Positions 51,170 to 64,000 of a stretch of DNA of 64,000 nucleotides are shown piece by piece; within the stretch, counting starts at the first letter, position 1, and each line of letters begins with the position of its first letter. The position numbers and the translations under genes were made by a program. The DNA is taken from assembly GCA_951406725.2 (NCBI GenBank), contig OX597814.1, positions 220,534,001 to 220,598,000 of the forward strand, in the 5' to 3' direction. The notes under the pieces were generated by a model. The model worked only from the letters and a program-made list of their open reading frames with translations, was not told the DNA's origin and did not search any database. Origin of the DNA: Octopus vulgaris. Taxonomy: Eukaryota.

Positions 51170-51850
51170 CTTTATCCATGTTGTAGTTATGTCAATAATG
51201 CTAAGTCAGTCATTGGGGATATTACCTTTCAGCACTATCAATAATCTAAACAGACACCTACATCACTTGATATTTTCAACATATTTCTGATAAATCTGCC
51301 TGTGAATCCCTAATTTGCATAACTAATGATGTCTGAGTGAGCTCTCCTTCCCTCACTCTTTTGCTGAATCCACTTCAGCTATGTTTTCCTTAACCTGTTC
51401 AGTTCTTCATTCAGTAACCTTTCATAATAACACTTCCAAGCCTGTTTCATTTCCCCATCCTTGAGAATGAGAATTCTAGCATTGTTTCAGACAGACTTCT
51501 TAATATCTTCATTCATTACCATTCTACATTCATTTTAACCATACTTTAAGTTGATCTTTCCTTGCACTGCATATTACCACTTACTTCAATCTCCTGCCAT
51601 CTTCATGAGGTTTGGCATCTTGAAACTGACTCCTCACCACTTTAATTAATATCTTCTTCAATCTTCCTCTTCTACAGACCCCTTCCACCTGGATCACTCC
51701 TTCAAATTGTCATTCATCCTTCACATGACACATGCCATATCAACGTAGTCTTTCTCTTGCACATAGCAGTTGATTTCTCTCAAGTTCGTTTCCCCCTTTC
51801 AGCTCATTTGTGCTCCACTGTTTGTACTGCATATTGATATTAAACCTATA
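51170..51850 (-). pseudogene. Two RTE LINE fragments
   Basis: MKQAWKCYYERLLNEE and NIPND near 51460-51200; a decayed VQE.RLR.YG.V..M..VEG-like block near 51800-51660. Confidence 0.55.
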
Positions 51851-52670
51851 GCAGAGCATACTTCCTATATAAGTACATGTCTATGCAATTAGGTATATTC
51901 CATGCATCTATAACCTCAACTTCGATCCCTGCTAAATAATCTCAATCTATCTTTTCCCCCCTAGCTTCCTAATATTGTTCCTTGCTTCTATGCTTTCTAG
52001 GCCTGTCTCTTATTTCTTGAAGAACAATGTTCAAGATAATGTTACCATACTTAATGCAGCATGTATTAAAACGTTAATTAGGAATAATTATAAGGTGAGA
52101 AAAACGGAATATTAATCTAATTAAAACTCCTCAGCAAAGCATAGACTCCAATATACTTGCCGAAGGAGCGATGAGAGAATCACTAAATAGCTATAGAATA
52201 TTTTACATGAGTAGGTGTAAAATTAATAAACTGCAAAGAAATTACTCAGAGATGCCTTCTGAATAACAAAAAAAAAAAACAATTGTTAAATTTGTGTAAC
52301 TATATTTTCAATGTAATGGGTGTTAAAGAAAGCTAATTAGAAATAATTAACCATTCTGGTCTCAGGTATATTTCACCAGAATGAAATCCTGCTACTGGTT
52401 TAGTTCCTAATTTATCCATATAACAGGTCAGTGGTTAGTAGTGGTTAGTAGCATGTCCTTCCTAAAGAGTGCTATCATATTTTCTACTCCATAGTTTTCT
52501 CAATTCTATCTGAGTAGGCATCATATGTAATTAAATAGAGGACATCTCAGCTCCTCCTCTTACAAGGGATTTATTGCCTAATCATCCTTAACCTCAATTT
52601 GATGTCACTAACCACTAATCTACACTGGGAACACACAAATTCAGTGTTTACAATCATTTACCCAAATGGT

Positions 52671-52878
52671 TTACTCTTTTACTTGTTTCAGTCATTTGAC
52701 TGCAGCCATGCTGCAGCACCGTCCTTTAGTCAAGCAAATCGACCCCGGGACTTATTCTTTTTGTAAGCCCAGTACTTATTCTATCGGTCTCTTTTGCCAA
52801 ACCGCTAAGTGACGGGGGACGTAAACACACCAGCATCGGTTGTCAAGCAATGCTAGGGGGACAAACACAGACACACAA

Positions 52879-52909
<31 letters not shown>

Positions 52910-53080
52910 CATATATACGACAGGCTTCTTTCAGTTTCCGTTTACCAAATCCACTCACAAGGCATTGGTCGGCCCGGGGCTATAGCAGAAGACACTTGCC
53001 CAAGATGTCACGCAGTGGGACTGAACCCGGAACCATGTGGTTGGTTAGCAAGCTACTTACCACACTGCCACTCCTGTGCC
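52671..53080 (-). mobile_element. SINE family B, young full-length copy
   Basis: Near-identical to 38245-38654. Confidence 0.95.
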
Positions 53081-53352
53081 CTTGTAAAAATACAAAATTA
53101 GTTCCACATCATATCCACATATATGGTGGGAGAGCACTTGGCCACTGGGCTTTATGAAGTATGCATTGCAAATGGAAAGATCATTTGCATAACAGAACCT
53201 TGACCCTTGACCAATCTTAATCTTTTAATACTAAAGCTATAGATTCCATCTGGTTGTTTTCTATGATGACTATACTGAGTTCATTAATTCTTCAGTTAGC
53301 TTGCACAAGGGCATCATAGAACCAGTTATTTTGCTCAGCTATTATTAATCCT

Positions 53353-53663
53353 GTGGAGGCGCAATGGCCCAGTGATTAGGGCAGCGGACTCGCGGTCATA
53401 GGATCACGGTTTCGATTCCTAGACTAGGCATTGTGAGTATTTATTGAGCGAAAACACCTAAAGCTCCACAAGGCTCCGGCAGGGGGTGATGGCAATCCCT
53501 GCTGTACTCTTTCGCCGCAACTTTCTCTCACTCTTTCTTCTGTTGGCCTGCTCGCTTAGCCAGCGGGGTGGCATCATTTAAAGGCTAAAACAATGTGAAA
53601 CGCATTGTGACCAGCGATGTGTAGCAACATCTGATGGTCTGGTCGGTCATGGTGATCACGGTG
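53353..53663 (+). mobile_element. Full-length tRNA-derived SINE (separate family, single copy here)
   Basis: A-box tggcccagtga and B-box ggtttcgattcc; exact 12-bp TSD attattaatcct at 53341-53352 and 53664-53675. Confidence 0.9.
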
Positions 53664-54119
53664 ATTATTAATCCTACTACTCAGGAATCATCTTCAATTC
53701 TTCAGTTGCTTTTAGCCATTAGAGCTATAGCCATTCTAAAGCAGACAACATGAATGCTATCACATTCCTATCAGTAATCTGAATTTAAAAGTTTTGTTAC
53801 TCTGACCATCTCAGTAAGAGTATTTCTACATCATCTATACCTAGAGCTGATACCTACAAAAAAAAAGAACTTGTATTCTCTACTCAGAAGAAGCCTGGTT
53901 GAAGCATGTTTTCTTCTCCACAGCACAGACCTACCTGTCATTGTACAAGTGCAGACAATGGTAAACCTGAAGCTGGTGGTGCTGATAGCTGATCTTCCAA
54001 ATAAACCTATTCCAGATTGCTAATACATTCTGTCAGCAACAGCTCCTGATGGACATGCCATTGTCTTTTAGAAGCAAGTGAGATTTGAACACAAAATGAA
54101 CTTGAACAACTAACACAAT

Positions 54120-54302
54120 GCCTCCCCCACCTGATGCCCTAACAATTACATCAACCCACCACCTGGGACTAGTACACTTCTTATCAACCCTGAAAAGATG
54201 AAGGTTGGTCTTGATGGGATTTGAACTGAGAGCACAGAGGCTAAAACAAATTCTACAAAATATTTTATGTAACATTCTAATATTTCTGCCAATACACCAC
54301 AC
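54120..54302 (-). mobile_element. SINE family A, old copy
   Basis: ttatcaaccctgaaaagatgaagg...gggatttgaactgag...tttctgccaat. Confidence 0.6.
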
Positions 54303-54528
54303 TGAACTTGAAGTTACAGAACTGTGAAGAAGAAAATTCTTCATGAAAGTTGTGGGATTGCTTCATAAATCATTTCAGAGGGTTATACAATGGACACTAC
54401 AATAATTCTAAATTTGCTTTCCAACTATTAACTTCAGGTTCAGTCCAGCTACAAGTGTCTTCTACTACAGCCTAGGCTGACCAAAGCCTTGTGAGTAGAT
54501 TTGGTAGGCAGAAACTGAAAGATGCTTG

Positions 54529-54565
<37 letters not shown>

Positions 54566-55089
54566 TTAAGCAAATGATTTAAAAGAGTATCATTGTCATA
54601 GACACAGCATTGTTAATTTCCAATCTTGTGTGGAAATAGCCTGACCATGGGGAAATATTACCTTGCATGGAAACAGGCAAGAGTTGGCAACAAGAGGGGC
54701 ATCTGTCAGTAGAAAATCTATCTCAATGAATTCCATCTGACCGATGCAAGCATGGAAAAGATGACATTAAAAATTATGATGAAGAGGATGACGGTAATCA
54801 TGATATCAAAGATAGAGAGAGATGTAGTGATTTAAAACGAATGCGTAGTAAAACTATACAGATAAATAAAAACATATGAAAATGAAAACAAGAATAACAT
54901 CTCTTTTCTGTGTGCTACCTTCCAACACCGGCTTTAGAGGAGTGTACGAAGCAACAAACTGAATTTAAATCATCTTTTAGTCTTTTTTCATAAAATTTTG
55001 GGAAAACATATAAAGCAGGATATATTAGTGTAGTGTGAAGAAAAGGAAAATTACTGTTTCTTGCAATGCTCACTGCTATGACATTATCC

Positions 55090-56067
55090 TGATCATCCTC
55101 ATCATCATCATCATCATCACCATCATGACATTTATTTTCCATGTTAGTATGGGTTAGAGAGTTTGACAGGATCTGGCATGTCTAAGGACTACATCATACC
55201 CCAATATCTGCAAAAGCAGACACTGCAGTACAATGTCCTTTCTATGGCTGCTGCGTTTCCTGGAGCCAACCATATTAGAGTGTGCTGGGTGATACTTTTG
55301 TGGCACCAGCACTAGAGAGGTTGCCATGTAGTTTCTCTTTCAACTGAGTAGAGCTACAGTTGATAATCATTTTAACAGAATACCACCATGTCTCTATTTC
55401 ATGTGTATTCTACTAAACTGACCGTTATTAATATATTTACAATAATTTGAGAAGACTAGTGTGGGATATATGTGAGAACAGGTTTTCTCTTTTAACCCTT
55501 ATCCTCCACTTCGAAGAATCATCATCATTTAAGATCTGCTTTTACATGCTGGAATGGGTTACACAGTTTGACTGGAACTGATAAGCTGGAGAACTGCACC
55601 AGGTTTCAGTCTGGCTTGGCATAGTTTCTATGGCTGGATGCACTCCCTAACGCCAACCATTCCAAGAGTGTAATGAGTGTTTTTTACACTATGGGTATGG
55701 GTGCCATTTACGTGACATTGGCAACAGCCATGACAATGATTTCCCAGATGGCATTTACATGACACCAGAAATGGCCATTACCCCAAATAGAAATCATCAT
55801 CGTTTAACGTCCGTTTTCTGTGCTAGCACGGGTTGGACGGTTCGACCGGGGTCTGGGGAGCCAGGGGCTGCACCAGGCTCCAGTCTGATCTGGCAGTGTT
55901 TCTACAGCTGGATGCCCTTCCTAACGCCAACCACTCCGCGAGTGTAGTGGGTACTTTTTATGTGCCACCTGCACAGGTGCCAGGGGGGTCTGGCATCGGC
56001 CATGATCGGCTGGTGCTTTTAACGTGCCACCGGCACGGAAGCCAGTCAAGGCGGCGCTGGCATTGGC
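55090..56067 (-). mobile_element. Three family C-type copies in series (about 55090-55360, 55518-55790, young copy 55794-56067)
   Basis: Each begins (cat)n..tttccatg/ttttacatg/ttttctgtgc..gggtt and contains ctatggctg/ctacagctggatg. Confidence 0.8.
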
Positions 56068-57163
56068 CAAAATCTCCATCACATTACCATCTTAGCATGA
56101 AAACAACACATCAGATAATGTAGTTCTAGGAAAGACATAGTATCAAGGGGAAAAAAAAATAGAGGTGGCCATGACTAGATTGCCTTTGATTATGAATAAG
56201 CTCAATCAAGGATGACCTGGGGTTAAACAACAGCAACATCAATCTTCAAAGAACATTTTAAGAGGACAAGTGTTCCTTAGAAAAGATAATACAGTTAGAA
56301 TGTTAGTAGTAAGATCTGGTGGAGAAAAAAGTTAAGTAATAATATTTCATTAAAGAGATTTAATATTGAGCAAATGAAATTAAGAAAGCTGAAGTCGAGA
56401 CAGATAAAAATATAACAAAAAGTTAAAACAGAAAGCGATCACCCCAATTATAAATGTGTGCTTTCATCAAAGTTAGGCAACAGTAAAACAAATATCTAAC
56501 AGTGAAGTTATGATTTAAAGAGTGTTAGTTTCTGTTTTCTCTTTTCTTTTTTTTTTTTTGTTACTGAATGCTTTAACCAAAGACAAGTTAATCCGTTCAT
56601 AAATGCCCTCATACGCCAATTTTATACTATAGATCTTAAGATAGGATCATTAAGTGGCGTTGTTTTATGATGTTTTCCTTCCATCGCTCTATTAAGGAAT
56701 GCCTGACAGGTGTAGAAAATCGAATTTGAGCAAATGTTAGGTCAATAAATGATTCTGCATAGACTCAAACGCAATGCGTGAGTGTGTGTGCGTGCATGTG
56801 TGCTTGCATGCAGGTGCATGCATGTGTGTGTATGTGCATACTTTTTAATTGTATCCATTAGAGGTAAGAAGAAGTAAAGAAAAAACAAACAAAAAGCAAA
56901 AAGAAAATAATAAAGCGGCAATCAAGCTTCAACGCTAATTGCACAATTAGCTATGTAAAATGTTTGCGCAGCTTTGTACAATAAGAATATAGTGATAGAT
57001 GTGATCAGACAGACCAGCCTTCTCCAAGCAGACAGAAAAACAGATGCTAAATAGAATGATTACGATAAAATACATCTTACTAAAGCCCACTAATTTTACT
57101 TCATTTACTATCAGAATTCACTGACATTTTTTGACTCATGTCAGGAAACACATACACACACAC

Positions 57164-57226
<63 letters not shown>

Positions 57227-59510
57227 CTATGTTCTATAATCATCTCAGTTATGGTCTGGGTAGAACGCTAAGATTTCAATTATGGGTTTTCCCCAGTCCG
57301 GGAATTATGTAAGCTGATCTGGAATTTTGCCAATATAGTTATTTAACACTGTTCTGGATTCATAAAACTTGATTACAATGTTTGGGGACCATATTATAGG
57401 ATTTTCTCAATAATTTGTATGATGTGGGGTTTTTTCCTATATGCAGGGTTAAAAGGGCATTTGGATAGAAAGACATGACTTCTTTCCATTCCTAGAATAT
57501 CATAGGATTTGAGAGAGAGGAGGAGGATGAAGAGTGAGGGGGGAGATAGGTAGACAGACAGATATACACCCCACCCCCCATTTTCCTTTTCTTTTTATTT
57601 TACAACCATTACCAATAAGTGGAGTATTGCACTGCATCTTATCTCAGTTTTCAAAGCACTGAGTGATTGAGATATATTTTCCTAGATAAAGTGCTGATCT
57701 ATAATGGTTAATCTATTGCTAGTCTTTTTTTTCTTCTTTTTTTGATATGGGAGAATTTTGGCTTTCTATTGCAAAGTAACTAAACACTTGTGAATTATAT
57801 AGTAAATTTGGTGGTTCCACCATTGAAATACACTTCTCTGAATACCTATTTAAAGTTAGCACCGAAAGATGATATTAGTAGGTATTATCTTGGTTATACA
57901 TTAAATTAGTTCGTTTTTATGTATTTGATATATCATTTTAAATAAAAAGAATTCTAGAAGTAACCATATTATATCAAAGATTCAGCACATACTTCTCCCA
58001 GAAATTTTTTCAATAACTTTACTTGAGGATTTTATAGAGAGAAACCTATTATTTTGGAAGATAATTTGATTTGAACTAAGCATTTCAGAAAATGTGACAT
58101 ATCAGACAAATTATATAGAAAAGTTTTAGATATGTAGAAAATGAAAAGAATATTTTTCTTTATGTTACTATAAAACTAAATAAAACTAGATTAAAATTGT
58201 ACAGTGTCATTATACCTACTGTATATATCTTAAGTCTTTGCCAATTATTTCAAAATGAACTGAGAAGATAAATAGGAATAGTACAAAAAAAAAAATAAAA
58301 GGAAATGAAAAGAAAGTAACATCATTTGAAATTAAAAAGAAAAAAAAAATATCTCTTCAGACATTAGATAGAGTAATACTACGAAAAATTAATAAATATC
58401 TCCAGGTTCTTATAATTACTGCATTTAGAAGACTGTCTTAATTGCCAATTTGTAAAATGGAATATTGGGGAAAAAAAAAAAATTATCTTACAAGAAAAGA
58501 ACTAACAAACAATAAAAATATCAAAGAGAAAGACAAGAAAAGGGTTAAATATAGAGTTTATAAAGCAAGAACTTCATTTACTTGATCAACAACAATAACA
58601 ACAACAACACTGTGTATACAGCAGAATTAAATTCATCAAGTTAATTTCTTGGATTTAGAAACAGCTACTTCAAAACTCACTTCAATTCTTCGACATTTTT
58701 TAACATTTTTTTATATAACTTTTTTTTAGTTTTTTTTTTTTTTGAAGGCTGTAATTAAATTTGCTAAACAACAATAATATAAAGAATGGCTGTTGAATAT
58801 GATGGTCAACATAGTTTACCAGTAGCAATCAATATGTTAACATTTGAGTCTGTATTAAAATCGGTTTTCGAAATGATGCTTTCTAAATTGAACAAATGAA
58901 AACACTAATTAAATCTAAAGCTAATAAATTGCAAGATAGATTTATGATCGAGTGGAAGGAGGAGGATAAAAAGAAACAAAAACAGATAAAATGATAAAAA
59001 AAATATAAACATTGTCAATTCACAATTTCTATGAAGAGAAAAATCAATAAGAAAGAAGTGTGTGTGTGTGTGTGTGTGTATGTGTGTGGAGGGGGTAAGA
59101 ATAGAAAGATAAAAAGAAATAAATAGACAAACAGACTGAGATAAATGGGGGTTGAGAGCCTTATTAAAATAAGTCATACATACAATATTTCTGCACTAAA
59201 TTTGAGAGATGTGCTTTTGAAAAATTAAGAGATAATTAAAGAGGATGTTAGGTGCAGACATTTATTTCCTTTACAAATGTTAACAACATTACTTTTGTTT
59301 TGCTCTTTTTCTCCCTGTCAAGTCAAATTTCCATTATTTTTTTTTTCTTCTTTTGCTATTTCCACAGGGGGAAAAAAAAAGAAAAGAAATGGTAAGGTGA
59401 ACAAATCGATAGATTCTTTTAAAAATCTTTGAATTTTAGATGAAATACATACAATACATAACCAATTTGTCTTGTCATCACGAATATCCATCAAGGTGAT
59501 AAAATTAGGC

Positions 59511-59577
<67 letters not shown>

Positions 59578-59808
59578 AGTGTTTCTAGAACCCTTACTTA
59601 CGAGGTTCTGAAAGCACTAACCCAAAAATGGTGGAAGAGAAAATTACCTGAAACACCTTGAAAATACAGTAATATGCGCATGCACATACACACACATACG
59701 TATGTGCACACCAACATTAGTGCATCAGAAGGAAGATAGAATAAATAATTGAAAGATGGGTTTAGGTTACAAGTTGGTAATTTACTCCAAGTATTCTTGC
59801 TTGCCTTC

Positions 59809-59969
59809 AGGTGCAGGTATACCTGTGTGGTTAAGAAGCTTTCTTTGTGACCATTTTGTTTTGGGTTCAATCCAACAGCAGAGCACCCCCAGCAAATGTC
59901 TTTTACTATGTCCCTAGACCAACCAATGCCTTGTGAGTGAACTTGGTAGACAGAAATGGTGTGGAATCC

Positions 59970-60015
<46 letters not shown>

Positions 60016-60237
60016 ATATGTGCATGTGTATGTGGGTATGAGTTTGCCATCCCACCACAGCTTGACAATTGGTGATGGTTTGTTTGTTTCCCCATAACTA
60101 TGTGGTTCAGGAAAAGATACCAATAGAATAATTTCCAAACTCAAAAAGAAAATACTGGAGTTGATTTGTTCAACTAAAACCATTGCTTCAGCATGGTTGC
60201 AGTCCAATGACTGAAACCAGGTAAAGATAAAAGATAA
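59809..60237 (+). mobile_element. SINE family B, old copy
   Basis: aggtgcaggtatacctgtgtggttaag...(TG)n...cagcatggttgcagtccaatgactgaaacc. Confidence 0.85.
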
Positions 60238-61405
60238 ATGATTTCATATGGCATGAATGAAAGTCAAGTCAAATTTCCATTATTCTTTTGCTTCTTTTAT
60301 CATTTCATCTTGGAAGATATTCTGAAGACTAAGACTACATGAGAGAAAGGAAAGCAATTGACAATTCAGTTCTGCATACCTATGTATCCTTTAGGATAAT
60401 GTTCACCTGTGTGTGATGTGAATCTTGAAACACACGTAGGAACTCCAAACTAAATGTTGTAACACATTTAATGTTGCATTTGATTTTCTCCAGCATTTCA
60501 AATATGTTAATGTGTGATATTAATATAATTTCTTACAAAGGCAGCATTTTATTTTTTAGCAAATGCGGTAATATAATAAATTTTTAGTACCAACAATAGC
60601 TGTGGCATCAAACTAGACATGACAAAGTATTGAGTGTGCCAATAATGTTTCAACTTGTCAGAAATATAATTCTATAGCACAGAAAGAAATGCAAATTATA
60701 CAGAAATGTATTTCACAATGAATTTTAATAGAAAATTTCTTTCATGACATAGCAGTAGTATTGGGAGTAATTTCCTAGCTCATCTGGAGTGACTTGAAAG
60801 AGGAACTTAGTGAAACTAAACTCTAGCTATTTTCTTCAGTTTTTAACAATTAAATCATTATCAAATATATTAATGTACCATCCCTTATATCAAGAGCCAT
60901 TCAAAGTACTACTTGACCAGTTCATATAAAAATAGGATGATAGCATGAAACAGATTTGGAAAGGAACATCTAACTGAAGTGCTTTCAGAAATTTCTAAAA
61001 GGACGCACAAGTGAGAGAGGAGAGAGAGAGAGAAAGAGAGAGAGAGGAGAGAGAAGAGCTGACATCGCTAGGGATCAATTGGTGTTCTGCAAATACAAGT
61101 TGCAAGTCATAAGGATAGTAGAAGGGGAACTCAGCAAATATGAAAACGTTAGTCAATTAGTTACAGCCTCTTATGTCGCTGTTAGAAGTTTAGCCAAAGA
61201 AATACTCGAGGTTGTCTAAAAGCCAACTGGCAGCAATAAAGCAGTACTGCCATACAGAGATCAATAACTGTTATACAAACAGCAGCTAGACATTAAATAA
61301 CAGTTATAAGAAATAATGGTTTATTCCCGATCAACTTTCAACACCACTCACTATACAATTTCAAAATTGTGTACTGTCTTAATTTATGGCTTAGGATGTA
61401 TGAAT

Positions 61406-61443
<38 letters not shown>

Positions 61444-63579
61444 TACATGTACACACTATGTATACTACACACACATATGTACAAAAAGATAACTAACAAC
61501 AAATTTTCTTTCATTTTATTAATTAAACGAAAGATGGTAGTGGTGAGAGGTAAGTGGAAAAAGTTATAAATTAAAGAACAGTCAAGACATATATCAAAAA
61601 GTAAAGAGAACTATCTCATAAAATCAGTTTGTATGCTCAAATTAACAGCTGATCTACAATGTAAAATGCTGTAGCTACTAAACAAGATGGACAGTCTGCA
61701 GTTTTATATTGTACAGCCATTCTATCTAGCAAAAATTACACAACTACTATTCCATCACACCTCTAACCCCACTCAGTTCCTCTTTCCACCTCTTCGTTAA
61801 ACAGTCACAGCACACACATAAAAATATATTTGTTGCTTAGACCGGCTTTAATACTTAATCAACAACCTATAACATCTAAGAAAATCAAAAGACCAGATAC
61901 TAACATGATTGCTAAATTATTCTGAAAGGTGTTTTATACGTTATGATTTTCTCATATGGTTCTTCATATGATGCATGTTTTTATTTATTTGTTTCAAATT
62001 TACTATATATATCTATATGTATGCAAATATATATAAACTGTTTTATATATATTGTTGATCTATGAATCTCCAGTTCACTTTCTGTCTGTGTGTGTATGTA
62101 TGTGTGTGTATATATATATGTGTGTTTGTGTGTGTGTAGAGAGAGAGAGAGTGAGATATCATCCAAGTTGTAAGCAGTATTATGGACAAGCTATACAGTA
62201 ACCCAACAAAAGGTGTCAACAATTCTCTACAAGGCAAAAGAACCAAGAGAACCAAAGTTTGTTTGGAAGTCTGCCAAGTCAAAAACATAATAAATATTCT
62301 TTAGTCATCATACTAAGGGCTGCAAAATTGAGAAACTACTGGGTTTTTTTTTGGTTTTTTTTTCGTTTCTGAACTTTTATGTTTTATATAACAGATACTA
62401 CAGAATCAATGATGAAGAAAAAAAACAAAAATAGATACTGAGGTGAGAAAATAAGGATTTAAAAAAAAACAATAAGAGAAAGAAAACTACGAAAACTGAT
62501 TTATGAAAGATTTAGAAATTTATGGCAACTATCTTTGATACATGCAGCTTTAGATTAGATTTATAATTTAAAATATGTTATCAATTGCAGATTGCATAAA
62601 TATGCAGGCACTTTCCATTATCTGTTCTGTTTTTATTTGTTTATTTCATATTTTATTTTTTAAATCCATTTCCAATGAAACAATTAAAGAGATAAGCATA
62701 TTAGATACCCACTTAGCATTAATACAAAGGGTTAAGCTCAATGATGGAATAAACAAAATCTACTCTCAATCACCACTATTAAAGTGCCTTGGCTCCAATT
62801 TCTAGCAACATTCATTTCAATTCATTTGTAATGTCTACATCCCTTAGTGAAAGGCAATGAATATAGGAACTCCTCATTTCTCTCTACCTATCAATCTTTT
62901 CCTTATACAGGAATTTAATAAAATTGCTGTGAATTCAGTCTTTAGCTGAACAACTTATATAGATGAATATATATATAATTAATTATTTATGAACATTTAG
63001 CTTACATTGCCTACTGATAAATATGACGGCCTAAAAATGACCAGTAATTCCTGTAGTTGCAATATTGTTCTAAAGCATCTAATATAAATTCCATTTAACT
63101 TGGAGAAAATCAGAACTAAAATGAATGAAAATTTTATCCAATCAATATGTCCCCCACCTCTCTCCCTTCTGCTTTTTTTCTTTCCAGTTTCTTTGTCTAT
63201 CTCTTATTATTTTGTTTGAGATATGACTATTCCAATTTTCCTGACTTTGCTTTCATGTGGTACAGCAATTTATCATTATCATCATCATCATCATCATCAC
63301 CCTCCTTTTACATCTACTTTCCATACTGGCATGGAAGTGAATGGGTCATCATGGTTGGAGTCAGTTCATATTCAGGGGTACTGCTCACATGGAGAAGTCA
63401 AAGGGCAGCATTTCACTTAGGTTTCATTTTTGGCTTGGCTTCTATGGCTAGGTGCTCCATTTCCAAACACCTACCACTTCACACAGTGAACATAGTAATT
63501 ATTTTGCAATCAGAGCAACTAAGTCCAAGAGAAGATGTATCATTTAGGCAACAACCTGAGTATGCTAAACAAAATGATC

Positions 63580-63617
<38 letters not shown>

Positions 63618-63865
63618 ATGTGTGTGCATGTGTGTATATGTGTGTGTCTATGGTGCACTATAATGTTCTGATACGGTTTGTTAAATGTAATAACATAAAA
63701 CAAATGCTTCATGCTGGAAAGCAAATATTTTATATTTGTAACAGAGACACAATAAAAATGGACAGATTGTAAAAGGAGTCTAGTAATATATTTCCAAATA
63801 TTTTGTTGCACTTCTCCAGCTCCATCTATCACCAGAAACCAGGATTACCATACCTATGTAATATG

Positions 63866-64000
63866 TAAGGCATGGCTGTGTGGCTAAGAAATTCACTTTC
63901 CAGCCATGTGGTTTTGGGTTTAGCCCCACTGTATAGCAACTTGGGCAAGTGTTTTTGACAATGATCCGCAAGCTGACCAAAGCCTTGTGATGGATCTGTT
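63866..64000 (+). mobile_element. SINE family B/B2 head, cut by the window end
   Basis: ggcatggctgtgtggctaagaa...gggcaagtgt...gaccaaagccttgtga. Confidence 0.8.

Noticed and set aside
53353-53430. tRNA gene
   Set aside because: The tRNA-like head continues into a 310-bp body bounded by a 12-bp TSD, so it is a SINE.

Overview
AT-rich, repeat-dense eukaryotic non-coding DNA (intergenic or a large intron). The SINE families and microsatellite load match what I recall of Octopus (coleoid cephalopod) genomes; that assignment is inference. I found no host protein-coding gene, rRNA, true tRNA or CRISPR array. Most ORFs in the track are microsatellite or SINE read-throughs. The window holds several SINE families (my labels A, B, B2, C, E, plus a CORE-type and a single tRNA-headed SINE). 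It also holds fossils of R4/Dong, L1-Tx1, RTE and possibly HERO and CR1-like LINEs, a mariner transposase remnant and MITE, piggyBac-type MITEs, a complete non-autonomous Helitron, a hAT transposase fossil, and a Penelope-type repeat with a decayed minimal hammerhead ribozyme. The most notable observations: (i) a chain of retroelements from different clades, each abutting (TAA)n/(ATT)n tracts (8.3-14.1 kb and 28-30 kb), with a Tx1 3' end resembling the SINE-A tail; (ii) closely spaced inverted young SINE pairs that could be dsRNA/ADAR substrates; (iii) a CpG-decayed hammerhead; (iv) a SINE insertion with a templated junction. I do not see a convincing new gene system. Family assignments come from remembered motifs, not database searches, and boundaries of old fossils are approximate.
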